Shown: piece after piece, positions 7,665-16,980 of the stretch
How the letters are laid out: each line of letters starts with the position of its first letter
Numbering within the stretch: position 1 is the stretch's first letter
NCBI GenBank assembly: GCA_023417285.1
Contig: JAEZFR010000113.1
Location: 1 to 35,565, forward strand
DNA: 35,565 bases
Direction of reading: 5' to 3'
Origin: Bacillota bacterium
Lineage (GTDB): Bacteria > Bacillota > Clostridia > Acetivibrionales > DSM-1351
Program-made: the position numbers and the translations under genes
The notes under the pieces: model-generated
Database searches by the model: none
What the model was told of the DNA's origin: nothing
The model's input: only the letters and a program-made list of their open reading frames with translations

Positions 7665-9038
7665 TTACTCGGCTGGTTCAAGTATTACGTTGGCTCTTCT
7701 TAAAATACCACGAACCTCATTTACATCAACCATAGCAGGAGCAATATTGTATTTCACTGCAAGTGCAGCGCCAACGCCAGCGGCCTCGCCTATAGCCATA
7801 CAAGTTGGCATAACCCTTGCAGAGCTCATTACTACAGCATCCAAAGAAGCACACCTTCCGCTGAGCATGAGATTATCTATATCCATACTTACTGTACATC
7901 CATAAGGAATACCATATGGCTTTATTCGTTTAACGATGGTACCAGCGCCGTTGCCTTCATGGATATCTATTATGTACGACCCAAGTGCAACAGTATCTTC
8001 TGGAACTTCACCCACCATAATTTGATCCTCAGTTAACTCGCATAAACCTGCGAAGCGGCGCGTTTCGCGCACACCCAGTGAAGGATATATTTGTGTAATA
8101 TAGCAGTTTTCGAAACCTGGGACGTATTTTTTGAGAGTCTCTACTAATTTTGGAATCTGCAAGTGACCTTCAATCTCTGCGCGAGTCAAGTCCAGAACAT
8201 CGCTACCATTAATACCAAGATGTCTGGTTGAATTTATGTGTACTTCTCCTGGTATTAAGCTTTTAATGTATATAAGAGTATCTCTGTCAACGGGTAACTC
8301 GCCTTTTTCCTTTAATTCGAGGAAAAGCTTACGCATGCCCACCATAACGTGGTGTTCATTTGAACGGAAGAAATCAGCGTTGTACTTATCAAAGTCGCAT
8401 TCTATGGTACTACATAAACGCATTTGTTCAGGGTCACTTTCGATAAAATCTATTGTTTTGTCAGTATCTACGTTGCCTAAAGTAAACATAAGAGTAGGGG
8501 GCTGCAATGCTCCAGTATCTTTTTGTCCCATATTATAAGTTGCACCAGCTAGGTAACCCATGTCACCGTCTCCGGTTGCATCAATAAAGACGTTAGCAGT
8601 AACCTCTATATAATAACCCTTACCAAAAAGTGTAACCGATTTGATGCTACCATTATCTACGTTGGTATTGATGATTTCAGTGTTCAAAAGTATATCAATA
8701 CCTGCTGCAAGACACATCTCGAATGCTACAACCTTGAAAATTTCATGGTCGTATAGTGTTACAGAATTGTGCATTGGGCATTGATAATGGTCGGTACAGG
8801 CATTTCGTTTTCTCAGCTCATCTACAAGTTCCTGAGCAATACCTGCAGTTACAGGCTTGCCATCTTTGTCGAGATACCCCAACAATGGTAAACCTATCGT
8901 TAAATTACCACCAAGGTATCCGTTTTTCTCTACTAAAAGTACTTTTGCTCCATTTCTGCTTGCTGCAATTGCTGCAGGAATTCCGCCTGGCCCACCGCCA
9001 ATGACGACAACATCATAATTTTTTTGGAGGGTTTTCAT
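7665..9038 (-). CDS. FAD-dependent oxidoreductase, PF12831-type (paralog 1)
   Basis: GGGPGG dinucleotide fold, IDATGDGD, QPPT, GVRETRR, DIH, IPY, SARVMPTCMAIGEAAG. Confidence 0.88.
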   Translation of the reverse strand: MKTLQKNYDVVVIGGGPGGIPAAIAASRNGAKVLLVEKNGYLGGNLTIGLPLLGYLDKDGKPVTAGIAQELVDELRKRNACTDHYQCPMHNSVTLYDHEIFKVVAFEMCLAAGIDILLNTEIINTNVDNGSIKSVTLFGKGYYIEVTANVFIDATGDGDMGYLAGATYNMGQKDTGALQPPTLMFTLGNVDTDKTIDFIESDPEQMRLCSTIECDFDKYNADFFRSNEHHVMVGMRKLFLELKEKGELPVDRDTLIYIKSLIPGEVHINSTRHLGINGSDVLDLTRAEIEGHLQIPKLVETLKKYVPGFENCYITQIYPSLGVRETRRFAGLCELTEDQIMVGEVPEDTVALGSYIIDIHEGNGAGTIVKRIKPYGIPYGCTVSMDIDNLMLSGRCASLDAVVMSSARVMPTCMAIGEAAGVGAALAVKYNIAPAMVDVNEVRGILRRANVILEPAE

Positions 9039-9097
9039 AGTTTTGTCTCCTTTGTTAAAATAATTTGTATTTTTCTAGCATTTATATGCTAGTATGT

Positions 9098-9146
9098 ATA
9101 TTCTGGACCTAATATTCTTTATCTAATATTCTACTCTTCATATTCT
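9098..9146. repeat. Four ATATTCT heptamers at an exact 14-bp period
   Basis: Copies start at 9098, 9112, 9126 and 9140. Confidence 0.6.
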
Positions 9147-10518
9147 AGTCTTTGATAACTGCACCTTGAGCAATAAGAGTATCCCGAAGATTAACAATAT
9201 CCACTTTCTCAGGTAGGACACAGCTTTTAATCGCTATCGCAGCTGCAGTTCCAGCAGCCTGTCCCATAGCAATGCATGCAGGCATAACACGATAGCTTGC
9301 TGCAGCCTCTGAGGAACCACATATACTACGCCCTGCAACAAGCATATTATCGCAGTTCTCAGGAATCAGACAACGATATGGTATAGTGTAGTATTTATCA
9401 ACACAGGTGAATGTAACACCACCACCTGTTGAATTGTGAACATCAATGGCATATCCGAATGTACATATCGCATCATCAAAATGCTTACGTGATAGTATAT
9501 CTTCTGCTGTAAGTTCATATTTGCCAACAATGTGTCTTGTCTCACGAACACCAAGTGAAGTAGCGACCTGAATAAGCTGAATATTCTCACAACCAGGGAG
9601 GTATTTTTTCATAAAAGCAACAACTTCTTGTACTTGACGCCTACCTTCAATAAGAGCTTTGGTTATATCAGATGTTTTTGTAGCGTCAATATGCGCTATG
9701 CGAGTGGTATTAATTTTCCATCGCCCAGGGATATTTTGTTCATAGTTGCCTAATTCATTACGGTCAATTGTCCAGTCTCCGTTACGCTTTGCTTCAGCGA
9801 CATATTTAGCAAAGCAATTAGCAGTGTGATTATCTAGGTTTGCTTTATTTGCTTCTAACTCGCCCAAGTACTTCTCGCGGTCTATATTTCCGACTTCAAA
9901 GAAAAGGGTAGTAGGTTGCATAATGCCTGTTTCTTTTTGGCCAAGCCATGTGGGTACACCTGCCAGATATGCTACATCAGCATCCCCAGTGCAATCTATG
10001 TATATCTTTGCACGAATCGCCGCAATACCTTCTTTCATATGGACTATAACATGCTCTATCTTCCCATTATTAGTAATGCAATCGGTAACCTGAACGTTGT
10101 AAAGTATTTGTGCACCGGATTCTAGAACCATTTCTTCCATCACTACTGCAAGAACCTCAGATTGATATGGAGTAACATGTCTATGGCTTGCCATATAATA
10201 GGAGGAATAAGAGGTCATACCTTCAATCTTGGAAGGGTGAATAGCACCTCCACAGGCTTCAGTCCTTACACATAGCTCATCGAAGATACCCTTGACTAGT
10301 TGTTCCTGTGCATCGTTATCATAGCATGTCATAAATGGTCCAACGAGGCCCGATGTAGCCATACCTCCGAGCATGCTTAAACGCTCAATCAATAATGTTT
10401 TTGCTCCGTTACGAGCTGCTGCTACAGCTGCTCCAAAGCCAGCAGTACCCCCACCAATAACAAGGACATCTGTTTCTATTAGATTTTTGATGATTTTAGA
10501 ATATTGAATCTCACTCAC
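9145..10518 (-). CDS. FAD-dependent oxidoreductase, PF12831-type (paralog 2)
   Basis: GTG start with AGGAGG RBS. GGGTAG, IDCTGDAD, QPTT, GVRETRH, DVH, SYRVMPACIAMGQAAG. Confidence 0.88.
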   Translation of the reverse strand: MSEIQYSKIIKNLIETDVLVIGGGTAGFGAAVAAARNGAKTLLIERLSMLGGMATSGLVGPFMTCYDNDAQEQLVKGIFDELCVRTEACGGAIHPSKIEGMTSYSSYYMASHRHVTPYQSEVLAVVMEEMVLESGAQILYNVQVTDCITNNGKIEHVIVHMKEGIAAIRAKIYIDCTGDADVAYLAGVPTWLGQKETGIMQPTTLFFEVGNIDREKYLGELEANKANLDNHTANCFAKYVAEAKRNGDWTIDRNELGNYEQNIPGRWKINTTRIAHIDATKTSDITKALIEGRRQVQEVVAFMKKYLPGCENIQLIQVATSLGVRETRHIVGKYELTAEDILSRKHFDDAICTFGYAIDVHNSTGGGVTFTCVDKYYTIPYRCLIPENCDNMLVAGRSICGSSEAAASYRVMPACIAMGQAAGTAAAIAIKSCVLPEKVDIVNLRDTLIAQGAVIKD

Positions 10519-10657
10519 GACTATCCTCCTAAAAAATGAAATGGTTTATGTCACTAAATTAAATTCATTAACTATTTAGTGGCATAATAAAATTACCGAA
10601 AAATGGAGAATTATATTTCAAATGATAAATATGATAAATTAACTAATAACTTCTTTT

Positions 10658-10688
10658 AATATAGCATGTAGTACTACATTGAAGTCAA
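10658..10688 (-). promoter_or_regulatory. Putative promoter of the leftward oxidoreductase-dpe-SDR operon, with a palindrome in the spacer
   Basis: Minus strand TTGACT, 19 nt spacer, TATATT (TGc-extended). Perfect palindrome ATGTAGTACTACAT at 10666-10679. Confidence 0.55.
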
Positions 10689-10776
10689 CTGAAGATAAAA
10701 ATGAGTGAAGGATAGTGATAGTTTTTAAACAATTAGTACATAAAAACTAGTTTTTATAAATAAGAAATTAGTAGTA

Positions 10777-10806
10777 TTGTTGAAAAATCAATTTTTATGG
10801 TATACT
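10777..10806 (+). promoter_or_regulatory. Putative promoter of the two-component genes
   Basis: Extended -10 TGG-TATACT (10798-10806) with a weak -35 TTGTTG. Confidence 0.45.
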
Positions 10807-11041
10807 TGACAGATGAATTGTTTTTGTATAATTTGTTAAGTGTTACTAATTAAATTTACATAATATTACCATTTTTTTGTAAACTAAATAAACTTCAATC
10901 ACTACGTGTAATCCATAGCACAAGCGTGCATGGTTTTATAGTTATCCCACTAATTGTATAGCATTATTAGAATAAGCAATTATCATAAACTTTTAACGCT
11001 ATATATAGCTCAAATAGTAATACAACATAAGGAGGAATTTT

Positions 11042-12661
11042 ATGTATAAGGCTATTATTGTTGATGATGAAGATCTAGTGCGTCAAGGACTTAAGAGACA
11101 CTTTGATTGGAGTGCTTACAATATTCAGATAGTTGCTGATCTACCAGATGGAGAAAAGGCATTAAACTTTGTAAAGGAAAACCATGTTGATCTAGTGCTT
11201 ACCGATGTCCTCATGCCGTATATGGATGGAATAACATTGGCCAAAAATTTACGGGAGCTTTATCCGGATATAAAGATAATATTCGTCAGTGGTCATGATG
11301 ACATAGTCTTCCTTAAGAAGGCACTTAAAGTTGATGCTATAGACTATATCCTTAAATCAATAGACTTAGATGAGCTCCAGGAGACCGTTAGTCGTGTGGT
11401 TAACATTATGGAAATGGAGAATCAGAGCAAGAAAAACCTTGCTGATATGGAAAACCTCCTAAATGAGAGCTTTCCTCTTTTGCAAGAACGTTTTTTTATA
11501 ACAATGATTCGTGATGACATAGAAAAACCAGAGATATTGAAGGAACGAATAGCATTTTTAAATATACCGCTATATGACGAAATGCACTACTGTGTACTGG
11601 TAATTCAAGTACAGAGTATATACAGCACATTTTATACTCTATCAGAACGTGATCGACAGCTTTTATCTTTGCAAATTCAAGACGAATGTAGGAATGTAGG
11701 TAAGCTTTATAGCGATACAATTTGTTTTGAAAATAAGCAGGGTGAATACATAATGATACTTTCCTTATTAGAAGACGAGTATGAAGATACTATCCTTGAG
11801 GTCTCCGAGAAATTAAACAAACGGCTAAATGTTGGTATGAATCTTAAAGTCTCGATTGGTATTAGTGAAAGATTTAAGGGACTAGAAAATATAAAGACAT
11901 CCTACGAGAACGCTTCAAATGCCATAAGCAAACACTACTTGCTCGATAGCGAACTGGCTATCTCCATTGATAAATACGAAATGGACGAAAGCCTCAAAGA
12001 ATTCAAGGAAAGAGCTGAAAAGAGTCTGCAGGAGTGCTTGAGTCATGGTAGTGCCGAGCAGGTGCTAGAGGTACTGAATGAGTTTTTTAATATAATTAAG
12101 GAGAAGTTCCATCGTGATGAAGAGCAAAATTTGCTGATTTACTTACTACTCCTTCCAACACGGATAGTGACAGATATAATGATAAATAAAAAAAGTGACT
12201 ACTCCAATCAACGAATGATTTTAGAGAAGTTTTTATGTTGTTCAGATTTTGAACAACAGTGTCTTATGATTCAAAAGCTTTATACTGAGGTAGCTTCCCT
12301 CATGAGAAGTATGAGCAAAACATATTCCCACACTATAATTAATCAAGTCCGCAAGACCATTGATGATCATTTTAAGGAGCAGATATCTATAACTACGTTA
12401 GCAAAAGATGTCTACTTGACACCTACATACTTATGCGTATTATTCAAACAAGTTACAGGTACTACGATAAATGACTACTTAACTAACACTCGACTTGAAA
12501 AGGCAAAGAAGCTCTTATCAGAGCCTTACATAAAACTATATGATGTATGTTATGAAGTGGGATACCTTTCTCCTAGCTATTTTTCACGCCTGTTTAAGAA
12601 ATATACAGGACTCTCACCTAGTGAATATAGGAATATTGCAATTTCCTCTGCCGAGAAATAG
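11042..12661 (+). CDS. YesN-type response regulator (receiver domain plus C-terminal AraC HTH)
   Basis: IIVDDE, LTDVLMPYMDG, DYILK. C-terminal YLCVLFKQVTG and VGYLSPSYFSRLFKKYTGLSPSEYR. Confidence 0.93.
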   Translation: MYKAIIVDDEDLVRQGLKRHFDWSAYNIQIVADLPDGEKALNFVKENHVDLVLTDVLMPYMDGITLAKNLRELYPDIKIIFVSGHDDIVFLKKALKVDAIDYILKSIDLDELQETVSRVVNIMEMENQSKKNLADMENLLNESFPLLQERFFITMIRDDIEKPEILKERIAFLNIPLYDEMHYCVLVIQVQSIYSTFYTLSERDRQLLSLQIQDECRNVGKLYSDTICFENKQGEYIMILSLLEDEYEDTILEVSEKLNKRLNVGMNLKVSIGISERFKGLENIKTSYENASNAISKHYLLDSELAISIDKYEMDESLKEFKERAEKSLQECLSHGSAEQVLEVLNEFFNIIKEKFHRDEEQNLLIYLLLLPTRIVTDIMINKKSDYSNQRMILEKFLCCSDFEQQCLMIQKLYTEVASLMRSMSKTYSHTIINQVRKTIDDHFKEQISITTLAKDVYLTPTYLCVLFKQVTGTTINDYLTNTRLEKAKKLLSEPYIKLYDVCYEVGYLSPSYFSRLFKKYTGLSPSEYRNIAISSAEK

Positions 12662-12752
12662 TATCTAACTGCAAAAGAAATTCTACTGTTCAGAAAAGTT
12701 TATTTACCGCTCAGAAATTGTTATATCGAAACAGGTGGGAAGGGAAGTGCTT

Positions 12753-14564
12753 ATGAATAAAATTAGTATGCGAGATAAGATCTTTAGGCGTGTTCTTTAT
12801 AGCGATAATATGCGCTTATCAAAAAGAGCAGTTGCTCTTTTTGCTTTTGCAGTATTTATACCGCTCACTTTTATTGTAATTATGTATTCCAATCACTCTG
12901 CAAAGATTATTGAGAGCGAGCTTTCAAATAATATGAGATTAGCGGTTAACCAGATTAAAAGCAACCTTGATTACCGGTTTGAACAAATATCTGAAAGCGC
13001 CCTTTCTATTCTTAGTACGGCTTATCCGTATATTAGAAGTGGAAGCACCGATGTTCAAACACAGCTAGAAGAATATGCGGAACTTAAATCTCTGGTTTCT
13101 GCTTACGAAGGAAAACATATGATTAGTAAAGTTAGACTATATGTACCTTCCGGTAAAATATACGCAAACCAACAGGATACATTCTATTCTTTGCCTGAGC
13201 TTACGCTGGAAAACAGTGAGAATTTACAGCGTGGAGTGGTTTGGATGAAGACATATGGAACCCGTATATATGATGGAACAGGATTAATTAATGTTATATC
13301 TTGCCGGATGACAATTTCAAGTAAAAAAAATTATGATGAAATAGCCAGTGTACTACAATTGGATATAGAAGAAACCAAGCTTAGTAAAATATTTTCTGCA
13401 GGTATAAGCATTGATGAGGAGATTTACTTGGTAGACTCAACTGGTTTTATAATTTCCCACCCCGATTCAAGCTTGATTGGTAAAGAGGGCCTCTCATCCA
13501 CCGAGTTAAAAGCTGTGTTGGAAAATGAGACAGGACATCTTAGTGGAAAAATGAGTAATAATTCTGATCTTGTGGCATTTTCTAAATTGAGTGTACCAAA
13601 TTGGTATCTAATAATGAGATTACCAGCTACTACAGTATACGGAACGGATATCTTTTCATTTGATGTGATGCGCGCTGTGTTGATTTTAGCCGTTATCGTA
13701 GTTTTTGTAATCTCATTAATAATCATATATTCTAGTATAGTTGAAAATACTGTAAAACGAATAAATAATGCTATTATGGTACTGAAAAATGAGGGAATTG
13801 ACCAAGCTGATAATGTTGCCTCACTAAATGACAAAAATAATAAGTCTCTTGCTTTATTAGAGAATAATGCAAACCAGTTAGTTATTACTATAAAAAAATT
13901 GATGGAAGAGTCATATGAAGCCAAAATAAAAGCCCGTGATTTTCAGCTGAAGGCTCTTCAGGCGCAAATAAATCCACATTTTTTATATAATACTCTTGAT
14001 GCCATAAAGTGGATGATACTGGAGGATTATAAAAAAGATAGTATATGGATGATAAATGCATTTTCAAGGTATTTCCGTTTAAGCTTAGCCAAGGGAAGGG
14101 ATGTTGTTACCCTTCGAGATGAATTAGAGTTGGTTGAGTCTTATGTTGGAATTATGCAAAAAAGGTTTAGTAATATATCAACCATAGATATAAATATAGA
14201 TGAAAAACTTAAAGATTGCCTTATTCCAAAGCTATCCCTTCAACCGCTAGTTGAAAATGCACTCAATCATGGTATTCTTCATAGCCAAAACAACGAGGGG
14301 AGGCTTGCTATAGCTGCAAGAGAAGAGAATGGGCGATTAATCATTAGCATTAAGGATAATGGTAATGGTATGAATCAACAGCAGCTTGAAAACATTCTAG
14401 GGCAAAGTAATAGCAGTAATACCAAGGGCTATGGTCTTGGTAATGTGGACGAAAGACTTAAGTTGTTTGGAGGAGAAGACTGCGGCCTTAGTATAAGTTC
14501 TGAAATTAATGTGGGTACAACTGTTACCATATCATTACCCTTAAAATATATGCCACAGGAATAA
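12753..14564 (+). CDS. YesM-type sensor histidine kinase
   Basis: Two TM helices around an extracellular Cache-like domain. LQAQINPHFLYNTL, LQPLVENA, DNGNGM, GYGLGNV. The ATG at 12753 follows GGAAGGGA; the track's GTG at 12735 is the alternative start. Confidence 0.92.
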   Translation: MNKISMRDKIFRRVLYSDNMRLSKRAVALFAFAVFIPLTFIVIMYSNHSAKIIESELSNNMRLAVNQIKSNLDYRFEQISESALSILSTAYPYIRSGSTDVQTQLEEYAELKSLVSAYEGKHMISKVRLYVPSGKIYANQQDTFYSLPELTLENSENLQRGVVWMKTYGTRIYDGTGLINVISCRMTISSKKNYDEIASVLQLDIEETKLSKIFSAGISIDEEIYLVDSTGFIISHPDSSLIGKEGLSSTELKAVLENETGHLSGKMSNNSDLVAFSKLSVPNWYLIMRLPATTVYGTDIFSFDVMRAVLILAVIVVFVISLIIIYSSIVENTVKRINNAIMVLKNEGIDQADNVASLNDKNNKSLALLENNANQLVITIKKLMEESYEAKIKARDFQLKALQAQINPHFLYNTLDAIKWMILEDYKKDSIWMINAFSRYFRLSLAKGRDVVTLRDELELVESYVGIMQKRFSNISTIDINIDEKLKDCLIPKLSLQPLVENALNHGILHSQNNEGRLAIAAREENGRLIISIKDNGNGMNQQQLENILGQSNSSNTKGYGLGNVDERLKLFGGEDCGLSISSEINVGTTVTISLPLKYMPQE

Positions 14565-14570
14565 TTTTAT

Positions 14571-14684
14571 CTACATAAAGATGCTACAAAAGCTTGCACA
14601 TAAGACTCCACATGAGACTCCAGATAAGAATAAGACTCTATAAAAACTCTACATAAGATTCTACATAAGACTCCTACAAAAGAC
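14571..14684. repeat. Degenerate minisatellite, about 10 copies of a ~12-bp unit (YACATAAGACTC)
   Basis: Units include cacataagactc, cacatgagactc, tataaaaactc, tacataagattc, tacataagactc and ctacaaaagac. Confidence 0.75.
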
Positions 14685-14721
14685 GAATATTAGTATACAT
14701 ATATAGTAAGAAATAGCTTAC

Positions 14722-14769
14722 AAGAGACTGATTGAATAGCTATAAAAGGCTATTCAATCAGTCTCTTTG
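14722..14769 (+). terminator. 19-bp perfect inverted repeat, probable terminator of the two-component operon
   Basis: AAGAGACTGATTGAATAGC, 8 nt loop, GCTATTCAATCAGTCTCTT. Confidence 0.75.
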
Positions 14770-14925
14770 CATATAACGTTTTGGGTATTATGCAATAAAT
14801 CCCAGCATATATTGACATTGTTTTTATGCAAAAATAACAGTTTTGGATAAGAAATCAGAAGATTGAGTCATTCTACTTATGATTTTTGTGTGCTAAGATT
14901 AGAGCATAGAAAAAATTAAACTTAA

Positions 14926-14939
14926 TTGAAAGCTTTCAA
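14926..14939. promoter_or_regulatory. Perfect palindrome TTGAAAGCTTTCAA, cre/LacI-like candidate operator upstream of the ABC operon
   Basis: 14-bp dyad about 27 nt downstream of a candidate extended -10 (TGC-TAAGAT, 14891-14899). Confidence 0.45.
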
Positions 14940-15013
14940 AAGTCTATATTTCTCAATTTAAAAATGAAATATTATGTTAAGGTTTTTTACTCACTATTTC
15001 GGAGGAAAATGCT

Positions 15014-15982
15014 ATGAAAATGTTTGCTTTAAAACCAAAAGCAAAAAATGAACTACAATCGCACTCTAAATTAGGAGCATATTTTAAGGAACATTATCTC
15101 TTATATATTATGCTGCTTCCTGGACTATTTTTCTTGATAGTCTATAAGTTTCTACCGCTCTATGGTATTACGATTGCATTTAAAGATTATAGTATTTTTG
15201 CAGGAACCAATCCGCTAGATGCAATAGCAAAAAGCGAATGGGTAGGACTTGAGCATTTTGAAAGGTTATTTGCAAGTTCTGCATTTGTAAAAGTACTTCT
15301 AAATACCCTTATTATTAATGCATACAAGATTTTGTTCTTATTCCCAATTCCTATAATATGTGCCATTTTACTCAACGAAATTCGAAACAAAGCATACCGT
15401 AAGCTGGCACAGACAGCAATATATGTTCCATATTTCTTCTCATGGGTTGTTACATTCGGTATTTTTTATTCATTATTAGGTACCTATGGCATTCTTAACA
15501 CAGGGTTAGCAGCATTTGGCTTTGAAAGAATAAGCTTCTTTTCGGACACAAACGTATTTCGTGGCCTATTAGTCTTTACTGAGGGATGGAAAGAGATTGG
15601 ATGGAATACAGTTATTTATTTGGCAGCTATTACGGGTATCGATATTTCGCTCTATGAAGCGGCTAGAGTGGATGGTGCTTCCAAGTTACGCCAAATCTGG
15701 CACATAACATTACCTGGAATTGCATCTACTATCGTACTGATGCTCATTCTAAAGGTTGGATACATATTGGATACCGGTTTTGAGCAGATTCTAGTATTCT
15801 ATAATTCAACAGTTTATGATGTTGCGGACGTAATCCAAACTTATGTTTACCGTATGGGGTTGGGTCAATCTGATTTTGCATTGGGCACTGCGCTTGGTTT
15901 ATTTAATTCGGTTGTGGCATTTATCTTAATAGTAGGCTCAAATGCTGTTTGTAAGAAATTGCTTCATAGAAGTATCTGGTAA
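15014..15982 (+). CDS. Sugar ABC transporter permease, LplB-like
   Basis: EAA loop LYEAARVDGASKLRQIWHITLP, WVGLEHF, WKEIGWNTVIYLAAI. GGAGG RBS. Confidence 0.93.
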   Translation: MKMFALKPKAKNELQSHSKLGAYFKEHYLLYIMLLPGLFFLIVYKFLPLYGITIAFKDYSIFAGTNPLDAIAKSEWVGLEHFERLFASSAFVKVLLNTLIINAYKILFLFPIPIICAILLNEIRNKAYRKLAQTAIYVPYFFSWVVTFGIFYSLLGTYGILNTGLAAFGFERISFFSDTNVFRGLLVFTEGWKEIGWNTVIYLAAITGIDISLYEAARVDGASKLRQIWHITLPGIASTIVLMLILKVGYILDTGFEQILVFYNSTVYDVADVIQTYVYRMGLGQSDFALGTALGLFNSVVAFILIVGSNAVCKKLLHRSIW

Positions 15983-16018
15983 TAGAAATGAAAGTATATT
16001 CTGCTTGAGGTGAAAATT

Positions 16019-16915
16019 ATGTTAAACAAAAAGAAAACAACGGGTATTCCACTCGAAGCAAGTGAAAAATCTATGATAGTAATTTCATACATTATTATGA
16101 CTATACTTGCACTGTGTGCCATACTTCCAATATTACACGTAGTATCTAAGTCATTCAGCAGTGCTTCAGCTGTTACATCAGGAGCTGTAATGTTTTGGCC
16201 AGTTGATATACAGTTTGAGACTATTTTATATGTTTTAAAAGAAACAACTTTTTTGAACTCCCTTAAGAACACAGTTATTGTTACTGTTGTAGGTACAATC
16301 ATCAGTATGATAGTAACCATTACAACGGCCTATCCACTATCTAAGCCTTCATTTAAAGGGCGAAAGCTCTTTATAATGCTATACATAATAAGTATGGTAT
16401 TCTTTGGTGGAATGGTTCCTGCGTATATGGTTGTTCGCACACTTGGCATTATGGATACTTTTGCAGCATTGATTCTTCCGTTTTTTATAGTACATTTTAA
16501 TATGTTTATTGTTAAAAATTATTTTGAAGGTCTACCTGAAAGCATTGAAGAATCAGCAAAAATTGATGGCGCAAGTGATATTAAGATTCTTGTATATATA
16601 GTATGTCCAATGTCTACTCCAGTATTAGCAACTGTTTCAATGTTATACGCTGTAAACTACTGGAATAATTACTTCCATGCAGTAATGTATACAAACAGTA
16701 CTGAAATGCAAACATTGCAGTTATTTATCTATAACACTATCAGTAATACTCAAACAATTGTTGAACGTCTAGTAGCAGGTAATTATTCAAATGTTTCTAT
16801 CGATGGCATTATAGCCGCGGTTGTTGTTCTTTCACTAATTCCTATAGTTGCCATATACCCACTAGTTCAGAGATATATGGTGCAAGGTATTACCATTGGC
16901 TCGGTTAAGGGCTAA
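16019..16915 (+). CDS. Sugar ABC transporter permease, LplC-like
   Basis: IEESAKIDGAS, AYPLSK, YAVNYWNNYF, GITIGSVKG. The ATG at 16019 follows GAGGTG. Confidence 0.92.
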   Translation: MLNKKKTTGIPLEASEKSMIVISYIIMTILALCAILPILHVVSKSFSSASAVTSGAVMFWPVDIQFETILYVLKETTFLNSLKNTVIVTVVGTIISMIVTITTAYPLSKPSFKGRKLFIMLYIISMVFFGGMVPAYMVVRTLGIMDTFAALILPFFIVHFNMFIVKNYFEGLPESIEESAKIDGASDIKILVYIVCPMSTPVLATVSMLYAVNYWNNYFHAVMYTNSTEMQTLQLFIYNTISNTQTIVERLVAGNYSNVSIDGIIAAVVVLSLIPIVAIYPLVQRYMVQGITIGSVKG

Positions 16916-16980
16916 TAAAGTGGTCTAATCTTTGTAATTTATCGGAAACGGTAAAAATATAAAAAAGAGGAAGGGATATT

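Noticed and set aside
7628..7681. 18-aa N-terminal extension of the epimerase in the ORF track
   Set aside because: It overlaps the upstream gene. An AAGGAGG RBS precedes the ATG at 7627, which matches the known MKHGIYY start.
10546..10587. Inverted repeat TTATGTCACTAAAT/ATTTAGTGGCATAA as a riboswitch or ncRNA
   Set aside because: It is a single AT-rich stem with no recognisable aptamer motif. It may be a simple 5' UTR hairpin, but I cannot support more.
14571..14684. Possible CRISPR array (also considered for 24993-25195)
   Set aside because: Units are 12-20 bp, head-to-tail and degenerate, with no unique 30-40 bp spacers and no cas genes.
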